Assembly (NCBI GenBank): GCA_028688325.1
Contig: JAQTYI010000001.1
Coordinates: 168,820 to 232,819 of the forward strand
DNA length: 64,000 nucleotides
Source of the DNA: Candidatus Portnoybacteria bacterium
Lineage (GTDB): Bacteria; Patescibacteriota; Minisyncoccia; Portnoybacterales; GWB1-42-6
Direction of reading: 5' to 3'
In this document: positions 44,624 through 52,272 of the stretch, one piece after another
How positions within the stretch are numbered: position 1 is the stretch's first letter
Layout: each line of letters begins with the position of its first letter
Notes under the pieces: model-generated
Database searches by the model: none
Told to the model about the DNA's origin: nothing
The model's input: the letters and a program-made list of their open reading frames with translations, nothing else
Position numbers and translations under genes: made by a program

Positions 44624-46624
44624 CTAAACCAAGAATGATACCATCAATAGTGCAACTATGTTTATGATTTTTATCACGGGGTTGATAGCCGGGCCGGCTG
44701 TGTCTTTATACGGATCCCCCACCGTGTCGCCTGTCACCGCCGCCTGATGAGCCGGAGAACCCTTGCCGCCGTAGTGTCCTTCTTCAATATATTTTTTCGC
44801 GTTGTCCCAAGCCGCGCCGCCCGATGTCATCGAGATGGCGACAAATAAGCCCGTGATAATAGAACCAACCAGTAAACCGCCCACGGCTTTTGGGCCAAGA
44901 AGCAAGCCGACAATGATTGGCGCCAACACCGGAATCAACGCCGGCAATATCATGGCGCGAATCGCCGCTTTGGTAACAATATCGACGCACAAACCGTATT
45001 GCGGTTTTCCCGTGCCCTCCATGATGCCTTTGATTTCCTTGAACTGCCTGCGCACTTCCGTGACCACCGCCGCGCCGGCCTTGCCCACCGCCTGCATTGC
45101 CAATGAACTGAAAAGATATGGCAAAAGTCCGCCAATGAACAAACCGATAATGACTCTCGGATCGCTCAATTCAAACGCGATGCCCATGCCGCCGATGTCG
45201 GAAACCTCTTGGGCAAAAGATGCAAACAGCACCAGCGCCGCCAGCCCCGCCGAAGCGATGGCATAACCCTTTGTTACGGCCTTGGTCGTGTTACCGACAG
45301 AATCCAGAGCGTCGGTAATTTTACGCACACTTTCCGGCAGATCCGCCATCTCGGCGATGCCGCCGGCGTTATCCGTGATGGGTCCGAACGCGTCCACCGC
45401 CACCACTATTCCGGCCATTGAAAGCATACTCATCGCGGCCAGCGCCACGCCATAGATTCCGGCCAGATAAAATGCCGTAAATATGCCGGCGCAGATCAAA
45501 ATGACTGGCAACGAGGTCGATTGCATGGAAACCGCCAACCCCGTAATGATGTTGGTTCCGTGTCCCGTGATTGAGGCCTCAGCGATTGATTTTACGGGCT
45601 TAAAGTTTTTTGAAGTATAATATTCCGTGATCAGCACAACGCCAAATGTCACGACCAGCCCCACTATGGTTGAAAGATATAACGGCCAAAATGTGAAAGC
45701 AGCATCCACGACATTTTTGGTCAAAAATTTAATGGCCGGATAAAAACCAATGGCCGCAAAGATTGCCGAAGCCGCCAGGCCTTTATACAATGCGCCCATA
45801 ATATATTGCTTCTTGCCCAAACGCACGAAGAAAAATCCGGTAATTGACGCGAAAATGGAAATCGCGCCCAGCATCAACGGCAGCATAATCGCGTTGCTAA
45901 ATCCCGGAAACAGCAAATTGCCCAGGATCATGGCGGCAATGGCAGTCACCGCGTAGGTTTCAAAAAGGTCCGCGGCCATGCCGGCGCAGTCGCCCACATT
46001 ATCGCCCACATTGTCGGCGATAACCGCCGGGTTGCGCGGATCGTCTTCCGGAATGCCCGCTTCTACTTTGCCAACCAAGTCCGCGCCCACATCTGCGCCT
46101 TTGGTAAAAATGCCGCCGCCAAGCCGAGCGAAAACCGAGATCAAACTGCCGCCAAAACCCAAAGCCACCAAGGCCTTAAGGTCGCCGGTCAACCAATAAA
46201 AAATTGTAACGGAAAAAAGCCCCAGACCCACCACTAAAAGCCCGGTCACCGTTCCGCCTTCAAAAGCCACGGCCAAGGCCTTGGCCAGGCCTGTTTTGGC
46301 CGCCTGGGCGGTGCGGGAATTGGCGCGCACGGAGATATTCATGCCGACATATCCGGCCACTGCCGAAGCTATCGCGCCCAGAAGAAACCCGAGCATGGTC
46401 GTCAAATTGAAAAAATAAAACATCGCCGCCGCGATAACCACCGCCACCATAGCCACGGTGCGATATTGCCTGTTCATATAGGCCTTGGCGCCTTCGCGGA
46501 TGGCTTGGCTGATTTCCAGCATCTTGCCCTCGCCGGCCGGATACTTCATTATCCTGGCAGCCAGATAAGCGGTAAAAGCCACGGAGACCAAACTGGCGAT
46601 GATTGAGAAAAGCTGTATAGACAT
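44624..46624 (-). CDS. hppA: Membrane-bound proton/sodium-translocating pyrophosphatase.
   Basis: [19 protein letters not shown] and [21 protein letters not shown] are present, with about 15 transmembrane helices. Confidence 0.9.
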   Translation of the reverse strand: MSIQLFSIIASLVSVAFTAYLAARIMKYPAGEGKMLEISQAIREGAKAYMNRQYRTVAMVAVVIAAAMFYFFNLTTMLGFLLGAIASAVAGYVGMNISVRANSRTAQAAKTGLAKALAVAFEGGTVTGLLVVGLGLFSVTIFYWLTGDLKALVALGFGGSLISVFARLGGGIFTKGADVGADLVGKVEAGIPEDDPRNPAVIADNVGDNVGDCAGMAADLFETYAVTAIAAMILGNLLFPGFSNAIMLPLMLGAISIFASITGFFFVRLGKKQYIMGALYKGLAASAIFAAIGFYPAIKFLTKNVVDAAFTFWPLYLSTIVGLVVTFGVVLITEYYTSKNFKPVKSIAEASITGHGTNIITGLAVSMQSTSLPVILICAGIFTAFYLAGIYGVALAAMSMLSMAGIVVAVDAFGPITDNAGGIAEMADLPESVRKITDALDSVGNTTKAVTKGYAIASAGLAALVLFASFAQEVSDIGGMGIAFELSDPRVIIGLFIGGLLPYLFSSLAMQAVGKAGAAVVTEVRRQFKEIKGIMEGTGKPQYGLCVDIVTKAAIRAMILPALIPVLAPIIVGLLLGPKAVGGLLVGSIITGLFVAISMTSGGAAWDNAKKYIEEGHYGGKGSPAHQAAVTGDTVGDPYKDTAGPAINPVIKIINIVALLMVSFLV

Positions 46625-46793
46625 AGTATAAATTATATTTTATTAATTATATTTTTTATTGTTATCCAGAACGAAGCTAAAAATTATATTTTTAATGACA
46701 AATGACGAATGTCTAATCAATGACAAAATCCAAATTGGACATTGGTCATTGAGATTTTATTTTTCATTTGTCATTGGAAATTTGTCATTGATC

Positions 46794-48104
46794 TTATGCT
46801 TCCGCTTTCTTCTTCCTCCCCCGCTTACCTTTGGGCTTGGCTTCTTCTTTTTCCGCGATGCCTTCGTCTTTTTTGTCCGTTTTTATTTCGCCCTCATGTT
46901 CTTTGACTCCTTCGTTATTCTTCTCTCCTTCCTCTTCTTCGCCACCTTCAACTTTTCCGCCGGCCACATCAATTTTCCATTCGCTCAATTTGGCCGCCAG
47001 GCGCACATTCTGGCCGCGCTTGCCGATAGCCAGTGACAATTGGTCTTCCGGCACTTCAACCTTAGCCACTTTCTGTTCTTTGTTTGTTTCCACGCTCAGA
47101 ACTTTGGCCGGCGCCAAAGCATTGGCGATAAATTTTGCGATATCTTCATTCCATTCGATAATATCTATCTTTTCTCCGCCAAGTTCATTGATAATCGCCT
47201 GAACCCTCGTGCCTTTTTGGCCCACACAGCTCCCTATCGGGTCAACGCCCGGCTCAGTGGCAGCCACCGCTATTTTTGAGCGCGAACCCGCTTCGCGGGC
47301 GATGGCCTTAATCTGCACCGCCCCGGAAGCGATTTCCGGCACTTCTAATTCAAATAATTTCGCCAGCATCTTGGAATGGGCGCGCGATAAAATGATGTTG
47401 GGGCCGCGCACTTCCTTTTGCACTTCCAGTATCAAAACGCGCAATCGTTGGCCCAGGCGATAGCGCTCGCCCTGAATTTGCTCTTCCGGAAACAGCACGC
47501 CCGCGGTTTTGCCGATGTCAACGAACACCGCGCCCCGCTCAATGCGCTGCACGATGCCCGAAACCACCTGGCCTTCTTTGTCTTTATATTCTTCAAAAAT
47601 CGTTTCCCGTTCCGCTTCGCGGATTCGCTGGATGATGACCTGCTTGGCGGTTTGGGCCGCGATGCGGCCAAAGTCCGTCTTTGATTCCAGCCCTATCAAC
47701 AGCTCCTCGCCGACCTTAATTTTTTTCTCTATTTTCTTGGCGTCTTCTATCATAATATGTTTTTCTTCGTTGAAGCGGACTTTTTTTTCACCTTCCGCTT
47801 CATCTTCCCTCGCTTCCCTTATTTCTTCGCCCCGCTCCCGTGCGGCCTCAGCCGCCAGCCGCTCGGCTTCTATTTCCTCTTCTGTCTTGACCATGCTCTC
47901 GTCCAGCACCTGTTTGACCTGAAAAATCTTCACTCCGCCCGTGGCCAAGTCAAAAACTGCCCGAATGTTCTGGCCCTTGTGGCCGAAGTCCTTTTTATAG
48001 GCCGCGGCGATAGCAACTTCTATGGTTTCCAAAACCTTTTCCCTGGAGATGCCTTTTTCCTCGCAAATCTGGTCAATCGCCGAAGCGAATTGATGTGAGT
48101 CCAT
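46794..48104 (-). CDS. nusA: Transcription termination/antitermination factor NusA with an acidic insertion and a Lys/Glu-rich C-terminal tail.
   Basis: N-terminal domain, S1 domain, two KH domains (GSCVGQKGTRVQAIINELGGEKIDII), then a C-terminal KKDEGIAEKEEAKPKGKRGRKKK tail. Confidence 0.85.
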   Translation of the reverse strand: MDSHQFASAIDQICEEKGISREKVLETIEVAIAAAYKKDFGHKGQNIRAVFDLATGGVKIFQVKQVLDESMVKTEEEIEAERLAAEAARERGEEIREAREDEAEGEKKVRFNEEKHIMIEDAKKIEKKIKVGEELLIGLESKTDFGRIAAQTAKQVIIQRIREAERETIFEEYKDKEGQVVSGIVQRIERGAVFVDIGKTAGVLFPEEQIQGERYRLGQRLRVLILEVQKEVRGPNIILSRAHSKMLAKLFELEVPEIASGAVQIKAIAREAGSRSKIAVAATEPGVDPIGSCVGQKGTRVQAIINELGGEKIDIIEWNEDIAKFIANALAPAKVLSVETNKEQKVAKVEVPEDQLSLAIGKRGQNVRLAAKLSEWKIDVAGGKVEGGEEEEGEKNNEGVKEHEGEIKTDKKDEGIAEKEEAKPKGKRGRKKKAEA

Positions 48105-48303
48105 ATGTATGTTTTAACTTATAAAATAAGGCCCGTTTTCACGGACCCGTAAACTGCCTTATCCACACTTGGCTTTATATTATCACCCCGACTACCCGTT
48201 TGTCAATGCGTAAAATGAATAAATTCCCACACCTATGCATAGGTGTGGGAATAAAAAAGGCCCGCAATCGCGCCGCGAGCCGTAATAATACCCCTCTTCT
48301 TTG

Positions 48304-48579
48304 CTACCGGGCGGTAAAATTCTTTTCAAAGAATTTTTTCACCGCTAACTCAGCTTCATTGAAATGACGCCAGGTTACGGGAGCCATCTTCCCATATTCC
48401 CCGGATGCCATTATGATCGTCGCCTTTTCACCCGATGTCCTGGAAGGAACGCGTAAATATATGCCGCATATTTCATGCCCGCCGTGGCAAAATCCATATT
48501 CATCGGAATCGCCGCGAGACACCAATGCGCCGCAATTGGGACATTTGTCATAATCCCTTAAAACCGCTTTTTCCGCCAT
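48304..48579 (-). CDS. Hypothetical small zinc-ribbon protein.
   Basis: CPNCGALVSRGDSDEYGFCHGGHEIC. Confidence 0.4.
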   Translation of the reverse strand: MAEKAVLRDYDKCPNCGALVSRGDSDEYGFCHGGHEICGIYLRVPSRTSGEKATIIMASGEYGKMAPVTWRHFNEAELAVKKFFEKNFTAR

Positions 48580-48723
48580 AAATCCTCCTTTCCAATTCGC
48601 GATAATGATTCGTGTTCTGAAAATCTCCCCTTTTTACGCCGCTAAAAATTTATTAGGAACTACTTTTTTCTGTCTATAAAAATACCACAAAACTACCATT
48701 CGGTCAATTCCGCTGCCCTCTTC

Positions 48724-49185
48724 TTATCGGTTGTCTTTTTTCTGGTATTTTTCCACCAGCCAGGAGCTGGACTGAATTTTTCCTTTTTTGCCGACATTAT
48801 AAATTATTTCAATTCCGAGCTTCTTGCAAAGCTCAACTTCAGGAACCGGATTGCCCTCGGGGTGGCGGTCGCCGCCATTGGCGAAAATATCCGGCCTCAA
48901 TTCTTCAAGCGCCCGGCAAACACTAACATCACTGTCGCCGGGCTTGTGCTTGGTCAAAATAACCCTGTCCACCGGCCTTAACGCTTCGATTATTTCCTTG
49001 CGCTCCTGCTGGGGCATAAAAATGTGCCCTTTCTTTTTTTGGAGCCAGTTATCGTTATTTAATATCACGACCAATTCGTCGCCCAACGATTTGGCTTCAA
49101 AGAACATATCAATATGCCCGATATGTATCGGATCGAATCCCCCGCTCACGGCCACTATTATTTTTTTGCTTTTTTGTTTTGGCAT
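48724..49185 (-). CDS. Cytidylyl/adenylyltransferase-family nucleotidyltransferase (TagD/HldE domain II-like).
   Basis: IIVAVSGGFDPIHIGHIDMFFEAK matches the HxGH nucleotidyltransferase motif. Confidence 0.7.
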   Translation of the reverse strand: MPKQKSKKIIVAVSGGFDPIHIGHIDMFFEAKSLGDELVVILNNDNWLQKKKGHIFMPQQERKEIIEALRPVDRVILTKHKPGDSDVSVCRALEELRPDIFANGGDRHPEGNPVPEVELCKKLGIEIIYNVGKKGKIQSSSWLVEKYQKKDNR

Positions 49186-49204
49186 ATCATTTAAAAAAGT
49201 TTAT

Positions 49205-49337
49205 TCCGACATCCGATGTCCCAAATATTGGGCATTTTGCACCCAGGACATCGGATGTCGGAATATTGAATTTAATCTGTCGACATCCGACGACCTAAAA
49301 TTCAGAATTCTTTAATATTCGGGTTGTCGGATGTCGA
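49205..49337. repeat. Two tandem copies of the GATGTCCGACATC-type hairpin repeat.
   Basis: CCGACATCCGATGTCC-(24 nt)-GGACATCGGATGTCGG, followed by TCGACATCCGACGACC-(31 nt)-TTGTCGGATGTCGA. The first loop contains CAAATATTGGGCATT. Confidence 0.7.
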
Positions 49338-49343
49338 AAAGTT

Positions 49344-50033
49344 TTATTTGAAAAAATTTATTATTTTCTCTCCCTCCGCCAAATCCTCCTTGTGACCGTT
49401 GGGATGCCAGAAGTCCGCCTCCACTGCTTTAATTTTATACTTATCCGCCATTTGCGCCAAGGTCTGAGGCAAGCCGAACTCCTTGTCTGAAACCAGCACA
49501 AATGGATAGTCAAAAAAATCCTTGCTCATAAGATACGCGCCGATGTTCACTAGATTGCCGCCCTTCCTGTCTTTTAGAAATTTAAATTCCACCACTTGTT
49601 TTAGATTCCCTTCGCTGTCTTTTTCCACCACGCCAAAACGCGTGTTGTTTTCTATTTTTTTTACCAACAAAGCCAGATCGTGTCGCAAGAGCTTTTTAAG
49701 ATCTTTTTTATGATAAAGATCGTCGCCCATCAGCACCAGGAATCTGTCGGCCAGCATATCCTTGGCCAGGCAGATGGCACCGGCCGTGCCGTTAAAATCC
49801 GTCTGCTCGCAATAGCTAATCTTTCTGCCTTTATGCTCTCCGCCAAAATATTTACGGATCATATCGCCCTTGTAGCCCACGATAAAAATAATTTCCGAAA
49901 TTTCTTCCGGAAGGTTGTCTAAGGCATATTCGACTATGGGCCGGCCGCCGATTTTCAGCAGGGGCTTGGGGATTTCGTCAGTCAGCTCCCCCATCCTTGT
50001 GCCCCGCCCAGCGGCCAAAATTACTGCTTGCAT
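49344..50033 (-). CDS. Sugar-phosphate nucleotidyltransferase (NTP_transferase family).
   Basis: MQAVILAAGRGTRMG...PKPLL is present. The start was trimmed to avoid overlapping tRNA-Ala. Confidence 0.8.
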   Translation of the reverse strand: MQAVILAAGRGTRMGELTDEIPKPLLKIGGRPIVEYALDNLPEEISEIIFIVGYKGDMIRKYFGGEHKGRKISYCEQTDFNGTAGAICLAKDMLADRFLVLMGDDLYHKKDLKKLLRHDLALLVKKIENNTRFGVVEKDSEGNLKQVVEFKFLKDRKGGNLVNIGAYLMSKDFFDYPFVLVSDKEFGLPQTLAQMADKYKIKAVEADFWHPNGHKEDLAEGEKIINFFK

Positions 50034-50043
50034 TTTTTTAGTG

Positions 50044-50114
50044 TGGACCCGGGGAGAATCGAACTCCCGTCTCAGCAATGCGAATGCCGCGTATTACCAC
50101 TATACTACGGGCCC
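50044..50114 (-). tRNA. tRNA-Ala (anticodon CGC).
   Basis: Acceptor stem GGGCCCG with the G3:U70 identity pair, anticodon loop TTCGCAT. Confidence 0.75.
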
Positions 50115-50247
50115 TCTACTTCAAGATTTCTTCAAAATCTTGAATGGGCCGTTCAAAAGTCGCACTGCGACTTTTGAAATAGGCCTCAACCAATTTTCTT
50201 CAAATATTCTATTTTTAACTTCTGTTTAAATCTGGCCACTTAAACTA

Positions 50248-50553
50248 TCAGATGAACTCTTTCTTAATCATCTCCGCTTCCTGTTCCAACCATTTATTAT
50301 CATTATTATATTCGCCACTATGCGCCGTTGTCCCTTCATACGACGCCTTTTTCTGGTCCAAATGCAGATTGACTTCAATGCTGCCCCTGGGCGAAGTTCT
50401 CGTATATATATGGAAACGCGGATAATCAGCGTTTCCGATCCGCTTGGTAAAAGACATCTCCCCCGTTTGTTCGTCCTTGCGCAAAAAACTGTATCCGGCC
50501 CGGCGCAAGGCATTTACGGCGTTCTCTCTCGGTTTGTCAAAAATCAGTTTCAT
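50248..50553 (-). CDS. Hypothetical protein.
   Basis: 101-aa ORF with a plausible coding composition. Confidence 0.35.
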   Translation of the reverse strand: MKLIFDKPRENAVNALRRAGYSFLRKDEQTGEMSFTKRIGNADYPRFHIYTRTSPRGSIEVNLHLDQKKASYEGTTAHSGEYNNDNKWLEQEAEMIKKEFI

Positions 50554-50560
50554 AAAAATT

Positions 50561-50977
50561 TTATTCTTTCTGCCGACGCCTTTTTTGATAGTATATCGCC
50601 CGAGAGCGGCGCGTTACGGCGAGGACCGAAAGCACCGCGATATAGGCAGCCACCACATCGCTGGTCAGGCCGCCCGGCTTGTTAAAAATGAACTGGCAAG
50701 CGCCGATGGCCATTATCAATATCGTCCAGAAAAATACGAACACCTCGCCCGGATGGCGACCCGAATGATGGTCGTGCCAGCGTTCAAATTCCTTATCGCC
50801 CGCATAAATAGCCAGCATCGCGATATAGATAACCAGCAATGCGTCCAGCTCTTTATCGTATATGCCGCTTTTTACGAAATTGAAGATTATGGCGGCATAA
50901 ACCGCGACTGTCCAAAAAGACACCAGCCGCCACCAAAACCTGGAATTTTTCGCGGTATTGTTGAAAAATTTGAACAT
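50561..50977 (-). CDS. Hypothetical membrane protein.
   Basis: Three hydrophobic helices. Confidence 0.4.
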   Translation of the reverse strand: MFKFFNNTAKNSRFWWRLVSFWTVAVYAAIIFNFVKSGIYDKELDALLVIYIAMLAIYAGDKEFERWHDHHSGRHPGEVFVFFWTILIMAIGACQFIFNKPGGLTSDVVAAYIAVLSVLAVTRRSRAIYYQKRRRQKE

Positions 50978-50993
50978 AATTTTGGTATTTAAA

Positions 50994-51575
50994 TCAGTTA
51001 GGGCGCTGCGAGCCCTTGGCTAAGGCCTCGTCCAATAAATTCTCTTCGCCCGGCGCCAATTCACACAAAGCGATAGTTGCGTCATCGCCCAATTTTATTG
51101 GTTGGCTATTTTTTATTGCTAATGCGATTGCCGTAGCCCGATGATGGCCCTCTACACAAATAATTTTATTATTATCTATTCGAACAATTCCAATAAATTG
51201 AGCCCCGATTGGAAAGTTTTTCATCATGCCCACAACTTTATCGTTTTTACTTAACGCTTCGTAGTTTTCCGGAATTTCCAGCATTTGCGCAAACGACAAA
51301 ACATTTTTAACGGGCAACCGGTTTTGCCAGCCGATATACGGCCCAACCAGCATGGCTGGCACAATCTTGTTTATATCGGCTATCCGGTAAATTTTCCATT
51401 CGCGCTTATCAGCTCTAAGCTGCGCTGCGGTATAATTGCGCCAACTTTCCCAATCCGGCCAACCTTTGATTTTAGTGGCAGCATTAATCCAACCAGGATC
51501 ATTCCCTTCTCGGCTTTTCCAGTCCTCAAAAACTTCCTGCCAGGCCGCATTTTTTATAAAAATTAAGTCATCCAT
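50994..51575 (-). CDS. Hypothetical protein with a ParB/sulfiredoxin-like GHHR motif.
   Basis: IICVEGHHRATAIALA is present. Confidence 0.4.
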   Translation of the reverse strand: MDDLIFIKNAAWQEVFEDWKSREGNDPGWINAATKIKGWPDWESWRNYTAAQLRADKREWKIYRIADINKIVPAMLVGPYIGWQNRLPVKNVLSFAQMLEIPENYEALSKNDKVVGMMKNFPIGAQFIGIVRIDNNKIICVEGHHRATAIALAIKNSQPIKLGDDATIALCELAPGEENLLDEALAKGSQRPN

Positions 51576-51616
51576 GATTTTTTACTATTTGCTATAAGAC
51601 ATCAAATAGCTACTAT

Positions 51617-51838
51617 TGGTCGGGCCGCGGGGACTCGAACCCCGACTAAATCCCCCCGCCCCGCACCAAAAATTTACTGTCGGGGCACTGGGAATTGAAC
51701 CCAGTCTACATCCTCCCGAAGGATGCGTACTACCGGTATACGATGCCCCGGTGATTTTGGTGCGGGGTAAAAAGGACTCGCCTGCCCCGTTGTCGCCAAG
51801 GGCGACTTTTCGGGGTGCTACCATTACACTACGGCCCG
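51617..51838 (-). other. Split tRNA-like sequence: a tRNA 5' half (acceptor and D arm) and a tRNA 3' half (T arm, acceptor, CCA) whose acceptor strands pair with each other, separated by about 170 nt that contain a complete tRNA-Pro.
   Basis: The 5' part, CGGGCCGTAGTGTAATGGTAGCAC, lies at 51815..51838 on the minus strand. The 3' part, GTCGGGGTTCGAGTCCCCGCGGCCCGACCA, lies at 51617..51646. The acceptor strands CGGGCCG and CGGCCCG are complementary. Confidence 0.4.
51680..51750 (-). tRNA. tRNA-Pro (anticodon CGG), flanked by a 14-bp leader/trailer stem.
   Basis: Acceptor stem CGGGGCA/TGCCCCG with the C1:G72 pair, anticodon stem-loop CATCC-TTCGGGA-GGATG, T-loop TTCAATT. The flanks are CCCCGCACCAAAAT and ATTTTGGTGCGGGG. 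Confidence 0.75.
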
Positions 51839-51992
51839 ATAACTTATTTACCCTGAGTTCATCGAAGGGCTTCTCCTATTTCATCATAAATCCATAAAAA
51901 AATCAACTATTGACAAATATATTAATAAGATGTATTCTTATTAATATTCCGAGTAGTTCATTTTAGCCATTATTCAGAAAAGGAGGAAGTAT

Positions 51993-52193
51993 ATGGAATT
52001 TTTAACCGCAGAGATCGTAGAGGGCCTCAAAAAGAAGGGCTGGGAAAAGACAGAAAGGGAAGGCAAAGTCATTCTGCGCCACCCCGATTTGATGGGAAGT
52101 TATAGCGTATTTGACGCTATAAGGACCCAAAAGATGCTGGATAGCCCGGCGCCCTCACCACGCGCTTCAACCAGGCGCACCTCTCCCGTCTAA
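51993..52193 (+). CDS. Hypothetical small protein.
   Basis: AAAGGAGGAAG lies 6 nt before the ATG. The 66-aa ORF is followed by a terminator. Confidence 0.4.
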   Translation: MEFLTAEIVEGLKKKGWEKTEREGKVILRHPDLMGSYSVFDAIRTQKMLDSPAPSPRASTRRTSPV

Positions 52194-52224
52194 AACGCCG
52201 GCCAAAACAGCCGGTCCCACCAAA

Positions 52225-52262
52225 ATAAAAAGCCCTATCCAAAAAAGATAGCGGCTTTTTTC
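52225..52262. terminator. Bidirectional rho-independent terminator (leuS and the small plus-strand ORF).
   Basis: GCCCTATC-CAAAAAA-GATAGCGGC followed by TTTTTTC; the stem is also T/A-flanked on the other strand. Confidence 0.55.
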
Positions 52263-52272
52263 TTATACAATC

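Noticed and set aside
51585-51897. A possible tmRNA (ssrA) at the split tRNA-like locus.
   Set aside because: The outer pieces carry a canonical D-arm and no G3:U70 pair. The whole is only about 220 nt and contains a full tRNA-Pro, with no tag-peptide reading frame or pseudoknot region evident. A split or interrupted tRNA is the better description.
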